A DNA stretch of 64,000 bases, from the NCBI GenBank assembly GCA_030390025.1, contig CM059425.1, forward strand, positions 178,004,001-178,068,000. The letters run 5' to 3'. The position numbers were made by a program, and so were the translations under genes. This stretch comes from Squalus acanthias. Lineage: Eukaryota. Under the pieces are notes generated by a model that saw only the letters and a program-made list of their open reading frames with translations, had not been told where the DNA came from and ran no database searches. Shown here piece after piece: positions 49,440 to 62,574 of the stretch; position 1 is the first letter of the stretch, and each line of letters starts with the position of its first letter.

Positions 49440-51965
49440 ATAAAGTTAAGTAAATCTGGCCATGCTGAGCCCATCCCAGGCCTCCCGGGCAACAATGTGC
49501 TCGGGTGCTGGTGGGATCTGGTCTACCGGTTCCTTCAGCTCCTCCTCCTCCTCCTCCTCGTCCAGCTGATGCTCCTCATCCTCCTCTGCTCCTCCTCCTC
49601 TGAAGAGGCTGTGGGCACAGTGCCTTGCTCCTCATGCAGCGCTAATCCTCGCTGCTGCGCTATCATCATAGAATCATAGAAATTTACAGCACAGAAGGAG
49701 GCCATTTGGCCCATCTTGTCCGTGCCGGCCGACAAAGAGCTATCCACCCTAATCCCACTTTCCAGCACTTGGTCCGTAGCCTTGTAGGTTACGGCACTTC
49801 AAGTGCATATCCAAGTACTTTTTCAATGTGATGAGGGTTTCTGCCTCTACCACCCTTTCAGGCAGTGAGTTCCAGACCCCTACCACCCTCTGGGTGAAAA
49901 AATTTCTCCTCAAATCCCCTCTAAACCTCCTGCTAATTACTTTAAATCTATGCCCCCTGGTTATTGACCCATCTGCTAAGGGAAATAGATCCTTCCTATC
50001 CATTCGATCTAGGCCCCTCATAATTTTATACACCTCAATTAGGTCTCCCCTCAGCCTCCTCTGTTCCAAAGAAAACAACCCCAACCTATCCAATCTTTCC
50101 TCATAGCTAAAATTCCCCAGCCCAGGCAACATCCTCGTAAATCTCCTCTGCACCCTCTCTAGTGCAATTACATCCTTCCTGTAATGTGGTGACCAGAACA
50201 GCACGCAGTATTCTAGCTGCAGCCTAACTAATGTTTTATACAGTTCAAGCATAACCTCCCTGCTCTTATATTCTATGCCTCAGCTAATAAAGGCAAGTAT
50301 CCCGTATGCCTTCTTAACCACCTTATCTACCTGTCCTGCTACCTTCAGGGATCTGTGGACATGCACTCCAAGGTCCCTCTGATCCTGTGCACTTCTCAGT
50401 GTCCTACCATTTATTGTGTATTCCCTTGCCTTGTTAGCCCTCCCCAAATGCAATACCTCACACTTCTCCAGATTGAATTCCATTTGCCACTGTTCTGCCC
50501 ACTAGACCAGTCCATTGATATCTTCCTGCAGTCTACAGCTTTCTTCTTCATTATCAACCACACTGCCAATTTTTGTATCATCTGCAAACTTCTTAATCAT
50601 ACTTCCTACATTCAAGTCCAAATCATTGACATATACCACAAAAAGCAAAGAACCCAGTACTGAGCCCTGCGGAACCCCACTGGAAACAGCCTTCCAGATT
50701 TAAAAACACCCTTCGACCATTACCCTTTGTTTCTTGCCTCTGAGCCAATTTCGGATCCAACTTGCCACTTTGCCTTGGATCCCATGGGCTTTTACTTTTA
50801 TGACCAGTCTGCCATGCGGGACCTTATCAAGAGCCTTGCTAAAATCCATATTGACTGCATCAAATGCACTACCCTCACCGACCCTCCTTGTTACCTCCTC
50901 AAAAAATTCAATCAAGTTAGTCATGTTGTGCAGGGCGCAGCAGACCACGACGATTCTGGAGACCCCGGCTGGTGTGTACAGAACAGCTCCTCCAGATGTG
51001 TCAAGGCATCTGAAGCCCATTTTGAGCGTGCCTATTGTCTGCTCTATGACACATCTGATGGAAATGTGGCTTTCATTATATCTCTCCTTGGCCTTAGTAC
51101 TTGGCCTCCTCAAAGGTGTCATGAGCCATGTCTTCAGTGAATAGCCCTTGTCTCTAAGCATTCAGCCGGAAAGTCTGTTTGGAGGAGCGAAGAGCTGAGG
51201 GAGGGTGGACTGGCGAAGGATGAAAGAGTCATGGCAGCTGCCAGGGAATTTGGCACACACATGCATGATGATCCTCCTATGGTTGCAGATGAGCTGCACA
51301 TTGAGGGAGTGGAAGCCCTTGCGGTTGACAAAGACTCCTGGGTGATGATGGGGTGCCCTGATGGCCACATGTGTGCAGTCGATGACGCTCTGCACCCGTG
51401 GGAAGCCAGCCAGAGTGGCAAAGCTGAGCGCCCGCTCAGTAACACTGGCTTCATCAGTGGCAAAGTTGATATAATTGGCTGAATGGTCAAACAGGGCATC
51501 GGTGACCTGTGAGATGCATCTGTGGGCAGCTGACTACGAGATGCCACAAATGTCGGCTGCAGATCCCTGGAAGGAACCTGAGGTGAAGAAGTTGAGGGTG
51601 CTGGTGACTTTGATGGGCACTGGTAAGGTGTGTCCACCCGCTCCTCTGGGCTGCAGGTCTTGCTCCAGCAATCTGCAAATGTCTGCGACGACCTGGTGCG
51701 ATAGCCTGAGCCTCCTTTGGCACTGCTGCTCCGTCATGTTGAGGAAGCTCATCCTCTGCCTGTATACCCTGTGTTGGGGGTATCGCCTCCGGCGTGGTGC
51801 AGCCCTGTGCTGATGCCCTCTGTCCTGTGCAGCATCAGGGGGTTGAGGGGAAGGTTGGTGGTGGTGTTGTTGGTGCTGCTGCTGGTGTGCCTGGTGCTGC
51901 TGGTGTTGGGGTTCATCGTGGTCCGATTCTGAGGACCAAGGTGAGACAGTATAAATGGCACCCAT
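49440..51965 (-). pseudogene. Harbinger DDE transposase, frameshifted and CR1-interrupted
   Basis: [55 protein letters not shown] and IEQTIGTLK motifs. Confidence 0.88.
49668..50920 (-). mobile_element. 5'-truncated CR1 inserted in the Harbinger transposase
   Basis: [22 protein letters not shown] and LEYCVLFWSP motifs. Tail catagaatcataga. Confidence 0.9.
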
Positions 51966-53512
51966 GCTGATAGAATAGCTGGCAGGTCAAGTAGAGATGG
52001 GAGAAGCAATCTGTCAATGGTGTGATAGGTTCTACCATTGAGGTGAGAATGGATGGCGACTTTGCTGGAAACACTTGCAGCCTGTAGAAAGCTAAATCTG
52101 TGCTGGGAATGCAGTCAGCAACAGCTTCTGCCTGAAGAAAGTGATCAGCTGTGAGGTGGGAGCTTTTATAGCAGTTTTCATGCTGTCAACTAATCAGCTG
52201 GATCAATGGCCACTCAACTCCCACCTCAGGCTGACAGACGTGGTTCCCGAGCTGCGTGAATCCCGTGGGCATGCAGGGAAATTCGAAAGATAGGCTTAAA
52301 AAGGCGCTTAAGGGTCTGACAAGTACCTGTTAATGATTTAAATTAGGTCACCCACCTCTGCTGTTCAGGTTGCTGCCACTCCGGCAAATGCGCCTGAGTG
52401 AAAGGCGTGTGGGGGCGGGATGATGGTGGGTTCTCGACCTGCTCCAACATATTTGAAATCTCCCACCCGATCCGCCTCCGATCGTGCCTGCACGGACACC
52501 AGAAAATTCCGGCCGTTATGTCTCTGCTTGTTTTATTACCGTTTAATACATTTGTTTGACAGTCAAAGCTCAAAACAGGGTCTAGTGTAATGTTACTCCA
52601 TTGCTTCCAAAAACAGGGTCATGTGGAGACATGGGATAGAATCTTTAGCCAAATTAATCTAATAATATAAGGTTCCTGTTTATTATCAGTGTGCTATAAA
52701 TTTTACCTGAATGTCAGGTTAAGTAAAATACCCCTGAGGATGTAAGGAATAAGGGCTCACCTATGAAAGTAGCTTGAAATACAGAAGCCAAAAATATATA
52801 GTGAAAAGAATAAAAGATCACAAAAACATAACAGTACCAAAATGTGAGGTAGTGCACTTTGGGTGTAAGAAAGGCAGATAGGAATGGAAGTCCAAACTAT
52901 TTGATCCTGGCAAAAATAAAGTTCTGCTGTGCCAGTGAACAGTGAACTTGTGCCTGTAGCTCAGGGACTGGACTGTGCCGAATGTTGGGATATAACTTCT
53001 GCCTCCTATTTTGGGCTGACGGTTATCTTTAAATGTACAGTACTACTTTCATGTAAGGAAGTCTAACTAAGTCAAGGCAACCATCCAGGTACCTTGTACC
53101 TTACTCAAAATGAGAAAGAAGTATTCTGGCATTAGGGAGAATGTGAAGGTAATTGTGCTTCTCAGTTTTGTTGACATTTCTCGTGGGGCCCATCAACTAT
53201 GACATATACTTAAGTTGTGAACATTTGCTCCCTCTGGGAGCTACATTTCAAGCATTGTGCACAACTGTGCTTCTTGTGCACACTGTCCAGTTCTTTGTGC
53301 CTAAGCTACATGACACACTTATTTTAAAGGTGGAGGTGGCAGCCAAGGAACAGTAAACAGATGCTGAGGCATCCAGGACATGGTGCCCCTCTGTTGTTAG
53401 GACCTTCTCAATAGAGCCAGTGTGTGATGATGTGGAGATGCCGGCGTTGGACTGGGGTGGACAAAAATGAGAAGTCGCACAACACCAGGTTATAGTCCAA
53501 CAGATTATTAAT

Positions 53513-53552
53513 TTTACAAGCTTTCGGAACAGTTCGCTCCTTCGTCAGGTAA
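53513..53552 (-). ncRNA. Minimal hammerhead ribozyme motif (inverted arm copy)
   Basis: Reverse complement of 54563-54601. Confidence 0.75.
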
Positions 53553-54562
53553 GTTAGCAGTGAGAGAATCTCCCAGAATTCACAATTTAAACACAGACAA
53601 AATATATTCAAATCTTTCCTACATCAAAGAGCACAGCCAAGACAATGAGATGTGTCCCAGGGGGTCCAACATGTCAAACCACCTGCTGGCTGCATATCCT
53701 GTCAATCTGTGTAGGTTCTTGTGTTAGTCTTTTAAAAAAAAAACACCTGGGAAGACCGGCCATGATGTCAAGTCACGTTCTGTATCGTGACATGAACCCG
53801 ATATCGCGATTGAGGCCATCCTCATGAGTGCGGAACTTGGCTATCAGTTTCTGCTCTATGATTTTGCGCTGTCGTGTATCTCGAAGGCCGCCTTGGAGAA
53901 CGCTTACCCGCATATATGAGCCACGGCAACCTCTGCAAGACATGCCAAATCATGGACACAGATACCATCATCACACGTGAGGACACTACCCACCAGGTAC
54001 ACGGTACATACTCATGTGACTCGGCCAACGTTGTCTACCTGATACGTTGCAGTAAAGGATGCTCCAGAGCATGGTACATCGGCGAGACCATGCAGACACT
54101 GAGACAACGTATGAACGGACACCGCGCAACAATCGCCAGGCAGGAGGGTTGCCTCCCAGTCGGGGAACACTTCAGCAGCCAGGGGCATTCAGCCTCGGAT
54201 ATGCGGGTAAGCGTTCTCCAAGGCGGCCTTCGAGATACACGACAGCGCAAAATCATAGAGCAGAAACTGATAGCCAAGTTCCGCACTCATGAGGATGGCC
54301 TCAATCGCGATATCGGGTTCATGTCACGATACAGAACGTGACTTGACATCATGGCCGGTCTTCCCAGGTGTTTTTTTTTAAAAAAGACTAACACAAGAAC
54401 CTACACAGATTGACAGGATATGCAGCCAGCAGGTGGTTTGACACGTTGGACCCCCTGGGACACATCTCATTGTCTTGGCTGTGCTCTTTGATGTAGGAAA
54501 GATTTGAATATATTTTGTCTGTGTTTAAATTGTGAATTCTGGGAGATTCTCTCACTGCTAAC

Positions 54563-54601
54563 TTACCTGACGAAGGAGCGAACTGTTCCGAAAGCTTGTA
54601 A
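54563..54601 (+). ncRNA. Minimal hammerhead ribozyme motif
   Basis: ttac-CTGACGA-a-ggagcg/aac/tgttcc-GAAA-gc-TT-gtaa. Confidence 0.8.
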
Positions 54602-54649
54602 AATTAAATAAATCTGTTGGACTATAACCTGGTGTTGTGCGACTTCTCA

Positions 54650-55250
54650 ATAGAGCCAGTAATCATGGTTGCAGAGGATAGTCTTGGTCTCCTAAGAGCC
54701 ATCTCCAGTGTTTCTTCTCCTTTAAATAGTGCCGACACCACAGAATGCTGCACAATGAAGTGCATAATGATGTATCTATGGTCAGAAACCACTTGAACAT
54801 TAATTAAGTGCAAGTCCTTTCTCTTCTTGAAAGCCATGGGGTTGATATAAAAAGCCTTGATGCCCAAATGGGTTCCATGTGTGATTCCTTCCACTCGAGT
54901 GAACCCAAAGAAAGCTCTGCACCCTGTCTAGCTGTTGCCTCCTCCCACAAGAGTAATGAAAGTTTTGTCTCTTGCAAACATAGCGGTTGTCACTTCCCTG
55001 ATTCAAGTACTGTGGCAGATGTCTCCTGAGGTGGCTTAGAGGATGTGGTGGCATGTAAGCTTCATGCTATGCTCACCTTCACTCCTCCGGGAATCGTCCC
55101 TGATGCAGGTTATTGTGTAGCAGCCTATTTTGTGAAGTGGAGTTGATGAAGTGAGGACTCCTTTGACATGACTAGGTACATGTCCCAGGGTAGCAATAGA
55201 TGTGGCCAAAATAAGTCCTGCATTTGTTTCCTCATCGTAAATACCTCTCC
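54650..55250 (-). mobile_element. Old Harbinger transposase remnant (host of the PLE, continues at about 53200-53421)
   Basis: LINVQVVSDH and LGDQDYPL remnants. Confidence 0.55.
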
Positions 55251-55729
55251 TTCATTTCAGTTGTGCACCATGCTTGGAACCCTGAAAGGGATATCTTTGT
55301 GATGTGCCACATCAAAACTGGGGCAACCAAAAATAATATAGAAAATTATGGCTTGAAAAATGCAGCAAAATCAGCCAACGGAATATAGAAGTACAACCAC
55401 AGCCCACCCCCCTCCCCTCACCCAACCGCCCCCGTGTTTCAATGGACGAGCTCCTGAGGACTCCTGTGTGCTCGGTTTTTATGCGTGAAGCTTGCAATGT
55501 TGGCAAAACCTTGGCAAAATTAATAAAATGCAGGGTCTGAAATTTTATAATGGGATCTGCATATTTTAATGAGGTCCCACATGCTGGGAGTGTGACCTTG
55601 TTACTCAGCCTTAAATCATAAACTCGGGTGCCTTGTGAATCGGGAGCTCAAGGTTTGGCTGTAAATTTTCTAACCCGTGGCCACTTCGGTGGGCCCCCCC
55701 GCCCCAATCTTGAAAAGTATAAATGGGGT

Positions 55730-56385
55730 GGGTAGATAAACAAAGAGATCTAGGGGTCCAGGTGTATAAAATGATTAAAACCTAGAGCATACATTGCAAA
55801 AAGTGATTTAAAAGTCTAATGAATCATTAGGCTTCATCACAAGATGTACAGCATATAAAAGCAAGGATGTAATACACAGCTCTAGTTTGGAGCATTGTTT
55901 TCAGTTTTGGGTCTCCCACCTTAGGAAGGGTTCTGGTCCAATGTTGATTCACCAGGATGATACCTGGGAGGATAGGAATTTGCTATGAAGTGAGACCTGA
56001 TAAACCCATTTTATTCCTCAGAAATGAAGAGGCTAAGAGGTAATTTGTTGAGGTGTTTAAAATAATGAAGCAATTTTACAAGATGGGTGGGGAACGACTT
56101 CCCTTTAGTAGGAGAATCCAGAACAAATGGACATAATCTTAAAATTAGAGCTAAGCCAATTAAAAGTGAATCCAGCAAAAAAATCTTCCCAGAAAGGGTT
56201 GTGAGAATGTACATTGCACTGCTCCAGGAATCCATAGATGCAGAGTCACTCAAGGTTTTAAAAGGGAACTAGATATTTACTTTGGAAATAAGGATCTCTT
56301 TAGATACGTAGAAATTGCAGGGAATTGTGACCAAAAAGATAACAAAATGGAACAGCAGGTACAATGGCCTAATCTTTCCTTCAGG
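55730..56385 (+). mobile_element. Decayed CR1 3' end
   Basis: FPLVGESRTNGHNLKIRAK..FPERVVRM. Confidence 0.75.
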
Positions 56386-56393
56386 CACACAGT

Positions 56394-59300
56394 GGCTGGA
56401 ATTTTCTTTACCTGGGCGGGCCGGGTACGGGCGGTCGGCATGGCAGGTCGGGACCCCGTTCCCCATTTCATGCGACTTTCTCTTAATGGCGCCTATTAAG
56501 GCAGCCCTGCACGTTACCCGGCCCTATTAAATGGTGCGGGTCTGATGACATCATTGATGACTCATTTTCAGCCAGGATATTTAAAGGAGCCATGGCCACA
56601 TTGCATTTGAAGGTTCATCTAGGATAGTGCAGACACTGTACTGGAGCATTGGAGTGTTGCAAAACCTTGGAAACATGACTGCACAGAGGCAGAGGGCCTC
56701 AGATGACTCCATCCATATGTGGAGGGAGTGAGAGCATGCAGGGAGGTCCTCTTCCCTTCTGATGGGTGGAAGAGACCTCCCCAGCAGACCAAACAAGCCT
56801 GGTTGGAGATAGCAGAGGAGGTGAACAGCAGGGATGTGGTCAGGTGGACCTGGGTGCAGTGCCGGAAACGCTTCAATGATCTCATTAGATCAGGAAAGGT
56901 GAGTGCAAAGCCACACTCAACTTCATCCTGCTGTGCCTCTCATCACATCCCCATCACTCTGCCTTCCCAAGCCTGCTCCTGCACATCATTACTCACACCA
57001 ACATACCTTGTACGTCCACCCATCCCTCTCTCTATCTACATACTCACATCCCCATCTGACTAACGACACCTCACACTCACCCTCATCCTAATTGTAAGAT
57101 TTGGATCACAGGTCACACACAGATTACCCAGAGGGTCTAAGGAGTTGTAAAGTGTTTTATTAAAGAGCTACAGTTTAAGCATAATCAGATACTACATGTG
57201 ATTGAAATAGATACAGTAGACATACAACCCGTGACAGCTGAGAGTGATCTATAGCCCTGGAGTGGAACGAAACGACCAGACAGACAGATGGTGAGGCAGT
57301 ACGGTGGTCCCAGATTGGGTGGATTCCTGCAGTCTGCAGCAGCGGTCACTGCCGTTGGGTCGTCCCTCGAGCTGTTGGAGGTGTTAGGCCGTCAGCCAGC
57401 ATTGATCCACCTCAGAGGCTAAACTTGACCAAGGTGTTAGGCCGTAGCCAGCATGCATCCACCTCGGGAAACCCTTCACCCCTAACTGCCTGTTTTCCTC
57501 TCTCAGTCGCCCATTTTTATACCTTATTTCGATGGGCTGGTGGATATCTGGTGTGAATCATTTTTAACCATCCCATTGTCCAATTAGGTCATTTTACTCC
57601 TTATCTCTGTTCTAAAGGTCTTGTTGTCCTCTTATAGACAGCTTGTTTATCCTACAGCTCCTTGCTGCATCCCTTATCAGGCCTAGCTATGCCCACTCGA
57701 AGGCCTGTTTTTGTGTTCTGACCTCGTAATTCAGATCTCTGTACAACTCTTTTTCTGACATGACTGGAATCCTTCTGTGTCATCAACTTAGGCAAACTGC
57801 TGAGCTAGGGAACCTGTAACAAACTATTATTTCTTCCAATCCACAATTTCTTACATAATGCTATCATACCAACTAACAACACACAAGGAGGCCATTTGGC
57901 AACGGCACCCCACTCCATCATAGTCACCCTCTAAAGATGTAACACATCCATTCCTTACACTCATTCCATCACTCACTCAAATGTCTCTTCTTACCCTCCT
58001 TGTAGTAGAACAGAGCCCACAATCAGACGGAGAGGGAGAGAACAGGAGGTGGCCCTCCATCACTTGCCACCTTAACTGCAGCAGAGGAGGTCACCCTGGA
58101 AGTATCAGGAGTCGCAGAGCAGATAGCGGTGGGAGTCGGAGAGAGGGGGACATCTCAGCAACCTGGTGACAGAATTACATCTCATACAGCCACATGGCAT
58201 ACAGCAGTCAATCATATGGTGACTAATGTCAGCAGCCAGTGAATGTTCATCGTGTGCATAATGGTCTTGTTACCCATTCTTGATATGATATATCTAACTC
58301 ATCTCTTTACTCTCCCACAGGTCCATCTAGAGCCACCCCCCCTCCCCCCACTGTCCAGGAGGAAGAGGAAGACAACTCCTCAGAGAAGCCTCCAGCCTCT
58401 GAGGGTGCACCATCAGCAGACATAGGCGTGCCCAGCACCAGCGCAGATACACACACCTTGGTGGATCCCACGCGAGATAGAGTATTGTTGTCACCTGTGT
58501 GTCACAAGTCAAAAGTGAGCAAGAGCAGATGGTAGAGACAGGGACAGCAGTGGCAACTCCTCACCGGAGGGCACAGGATGCTCCCAGCTCTGCTCAGTTG
58601 CATGCAGACACTGAGCCTCGGGGGCCATCCAGAAAGAAGGCATTCCTGGGGGTGCAGGAAGAAGTGCAGGAGGCTCTGACAGGTTCTGCGACCGCGATGT
58701 CTGCAAATGTGCAGAGAATGAAGGAGTCCATCTTCAACATGAGCACCACCGTGTCGCAGGCGATGACGATGGTAGCCTCTTCCATGGATATGATGGCCAC
58801 CTGCATGGAGCAGCTAAAGCGCCACTCACATGAGCACATGCTATTTACAGAGATGGCAGAGGCTCATAGACCTCTTCTCTAGGAGGGATGTCAGCGTAAA
58901 CTTGGGTCCTCATGGCTCCACTGATGTGCAGCAAGATGCTCTCCAGCTCCTTGCTAGCAGGGAAGTGTGGGTGGCCCATAATAGGGATGACAGTGAGAGG
59001 GAACATTGAAGAGGGGACTCCTCTCAAAGCGCTCACACTTCTCCCCCATTGCATCCCCCTCAGTCAGAGCCCCACATGCCTCCTGGGATCGCGATGGCCG
59101 AGTCTGCCCCTGCACAGTCGCAGGAGGAGCAGACTTTGGCGGGGCCATCACAGGCTCCAAGACCCAGAGGACGTCCGCCAAAAGTGTCTATGCAGTCGCA
59201 GCAGGGAAGTGAGCAGGTGCCGCTACCTCTGCTGAAGCCACAGGGGTAGCACCTCGTAGAAGCACACGTAAGAGAAAGATGACCCACAAGTAGATGCACA

Positions 59301-60683
59301 AGGGTAGACACTTGGGTGTTTTAATAACTGTTTGTGTTAAGCTTCCGTTACTCTGATGTCACATATTAAATTATTTATTTTCACCACTCATGGCCAATTT
59401 TGTCTGCAACTTTGGAAGTGGCTTAGTGAGTTGCAGTGAATGGTGAGACATAACGTTACCTCCAGCAGTAGTGGTCAGTGTGAAAGGAATGGCTTGGTCA
59501 TTGTAGGGATGCTTTATGGTGTTGCCATGGGGTGGTGGGAACCTGGCACAGCATGTGGCAGCCATATGGGTCTAATGCCTGAAGTTAAGTAAATCCGGCC
59601 ATGATGAGCCCATCCCTGGCCTCCCGGGCAGCAATGTGCTCGGGTGCTGTTGGGATCTGGACCGCAGGTTCCTCCTGCTCCTCCTCCTCGTCTTCCAGCT
59701 GATGCTCCTCCTCCTCCTCCTCATCTGAAGAGTAGTGCACTCATAGCCTTGCTCCTCATGCAGCACTGATCCTCGCTGCTGCACAGCAGCAGATCATTAC
59801 GATTCTGGAGACCCTGGCTGGTGTGTACTGAAGGGCTCCACCAGATCTGTCAAGGCATCTGAAGCGCATTTCAGCACGTCTATTGTCTGCTCTATGACAC
59901 ATCTGGTGGACATGTAGCTTCCATTATATATCTCCAGGGCCTCAGTACTTGGCCTCAAGGGTGTCACGAGCCATGTCTTCAGTGGATAGCCCTTGTCTCC
60001 AAGCAGCCAGCCAGAAAGTCTGTTTGGACGTGTGAAGAGCTGAGGGAGGGTGGACTAGTGAAGGATGAAAGAGTCATGGCAGCTGCCTGGGAATTTGGCA
60101 CACACATGCATGATGATTTTCCTGTGGTTGCAGACCAGCTGCACATTGAGGAAGTGGAAGCCCTTGTGGTTGACAAAAACTCCTGGGTGATGATGGGATG
60201 TCCTGATGGCCACATGTGTGCAGTCAATGATGCCCTGCACCGTGGGAAGCCAGTCAGAGCGGCAATGCACAGCGCCCGCTCAGTAACATTGACTTCATCA
60301 GTGGCAAAGTTGATATAATTGGCTGACTTGTCAAACAGGGTATCGGTGACCTGTGTGATGCATCTGTGGGCAGCTGACTGTGAGATGCCACAAATGTCTG
60401 CTGCAGATTCCTGGAAGGAGCCTGAGGCGAAGCAGTTGAGGGCGCTGGTGACTTTGACAGCCACTGGTAAGGCATATCCACCCAGCCCTCTGGGCTGCAG
60501 GTCTTGCTCCAGCAAGCTACAAATGTCTGCGGCAACCTGGCGCGATAGCCTGAGCCTCCTTTGGCACTGCTGCTCAGTCATGTTGAGGAAGCTCATCCTC
60601 TGCCTGTATCTCCTGTGTTGGGGGTATTGCCTCCGGCATGGTGCAGCCCTGCACTGATGCCCTCTGTCCTGTGCAGCATCAGG
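56394..60683. mobile_element. Harbinger transposon lacking its right end (3-exon Myb/SANT gene on +, transposase about 59575-60683 on -)
   Basis: Left TIR ggctggaattttct. Myb exon 1 at 56675-56898 AWLEIAEEVNS..WVQCRKRFNDL with gtgag donor. Transposase GIIDCTHV and GSCHDSF motifs. Confidence 0.88.
57093..57855 (-). mobile_element. Solo LTR (ERV or Gypsy type)
   Basis: tgtaaga...tcttaca termini, 4-bp TSD TAAT. On the minus strand, TATAAAA at about 57515-57521 and AATAAA at about 57156-57161. Confidence 0.8.
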
Positions 60684-61019
60684 TCATTGAGGAGCACAAT
60701 TGGAGCATCTCCACTGATAGCATTGAGGCTTTGGGGGCCATAAATCCAAGACACAATAAAGATCAGTTCTGAAGACTTTAAAACATATGTGGCACCACCA
60801 TGGGGGATTGATTCTGAAATCTCAGCAGAGACCATTGGCTACCATCAGGACTGGGATTCCCACAGCAGCATGCCTGCAGCAGCAAAGGAACAGAGGATGA
60901 CTGTCAAGTCACCACCACTCTCTTATTAACAGCTCCATCTGAGGAAATGACAAGAGAACCATCCCAAAGCCTATTCCTGGTGCATTGCAGAACCAGTAGA
61001 GGAAGAGGACAAAGTACCA

Positions 61020-61325
61020 GAGATGTAAGGAAATCTAAAAATAAATCCAAGGGAGGAGCTTACTAGATTCAATACAAGTAATAAATAGTAATGGGAAAAT
61101 AATGAGACTGAAGATTGACAAATCTTTAGGAACTGGTGGTTTCCACCTCAGGGCATTAAAAGAAGTAAGTGAGGAAATTGCAGATTCTTTAGTCATGATC
61201 TTTCAAAGCTCTCTCGATTTAGGAATTGTCCCCTTGGATTGGAAAATTGCTGATGTCACTCCATTAGTTAAGAAGGCTGAGAGAGAGAAAGTAGGAAATT
61301 ATAAACCTATTAGTCTGACAAAGTA
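61020..61325 (+). mobile_element. CR1 ORF2 fragment
   Basis: HLRALKEV..VPLDWKIADVTPL..NYKPISLT. Confidence 0.8.
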
Positions 61326-61379
61326 GAAAATGTTTGAAATTCATTGCTGGTCTGTGAACATTTGTAAAGAAAAAGATTT

Positions 61380-62539
61380 CAGGTGTCGATCTCCTCCAAC
61401 GCCTCTCCTCCGCCATCCAGCTGGGTGGAACTGCTCTCGCCTGGTTCCATTCTTATCTATCCAGTTGTAGCCAGAGAATCACTTGCAATGACTTCCCTTC
61501 CCTCTGGAGTCCCCCAAGGATCTATCCTTGGCTGCCTCCTATTTTTCGTCTACAATGCTGCCCCTCAGTAACATCATCCGAAAATACGTCAGTTTCTACA
61601 TGTACACTGACAACACCCAGCTCTACCTCACCAACATCTCTCTCAACCCCTCCACTGTCTGTGATTTGTCACGCTGCTTGTCTGATATCCAGTACTGGAT
61701 GAGTAAAAATTTCCTCCAATTAAATATTGGGAAGACGGAGCCATTGTCTTCAGCTCCACCACAAACTCCATTCCCTAGCCACCAACTCCATCCTTCTCCC
61801 TGATCACTGTCTGAGGCTGAACCAGACTGTTTACAACCTTGGTGTCCTATTTGACCCAGAGATGAGCTTCCAACCACATATCCGCTCCATCATCAAGACA
61901 GCCTACTTCTATCTCCGTAACAACACCCGTCTCCGCCCCACCTCAGCTCATCTGCTGCTGAAACCTTTTTCCATCCCTTTTGTTACCTCTAGACTTGACT
62001 ATTCCAATGCCTCCCATCTTTCACCCTCCATAAACTTGAACTCATCCAAAAATCTGCTGCCCGTATTCTAACTCGCACCAGTCCCGTTCACCCATCACTC
62101 CTGTGCTCGCTGACCTACATTGGTTCCCAGTCTGGCAACACCTCAATTTTAAAATTCTCAGCCTTGTTTTCAAATCCCTCCATGGCCTCTCCCCTCCCTA
62201 TCTCTGTAACCTCCTCCAGCCCTACAACCCTCTGAGATCTCTGCACTCCTCCAATTCTGGCCTCTTGTGCATCCCCGATTTTAATTGTTCCACCATTGGC
62301 AGCCGTGTCTTCAGCTATCTGGGGCCATAAGCTCTGGAATTCCCCTCCTCCCAAGTCTTTCTGCCTCTCTCTCCTCCTTTAAGACACTCCTTAAAACCTA
62401 CCACTTTGTCTAAGCTTTTGGTCACCTGCCCTAATATCTCTATGTGGCTCGGTGCCAAATTGTGTTTGAGAATGCTCCTGTGAAGCACCTTGGGACATTT
62501 TACTATTTTAAAGGTGCTATATAAATGCAAGTTGTTGTT
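61380..62539 (+). mobile_element. L2 LINE, RT C-terminal half and 3' end
   Basis: GVPQGSILG, YTDNTQLY, NLGVLFD, SRLDYSN and LADLHW motifs, with tail gcaagttgttgtt. Confidence 0.9.
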
Positions 62540-62574
62540 AGAATGATTCTAAAGCTGCAAATTTGTGGACCCAT

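Larger units (their letters stand above)
46234..52514. mobile_element. Harbinger transposon lacking its left end (Myb exons 2-3 on +, transposase on -), with two CR1 insertions
   Basis: Right TIR agaaaattccggcc. Colinear with 57879-60683. Confidence 0.85.
53422..54649 (+). mobile_element. Penelope-like element: GIY-YIG 3' fragment flanked by about 450-bp inverted arms
   Basis: ORF 53916-54341 CKTC..NVVYLIRC..WYIGET..RMNGHR..GLNRD. Arms 53468-53915 and 54199-54649. Flanking direct repeat cttctcaatagagccagt. Confidence 0.92.

Noticed and set aside
50700..51161. Transposase-RT fusion protein
   Set aside because: It is an accidental in-frame junction of a CR1 inserted into a dead Harbinger transposase.
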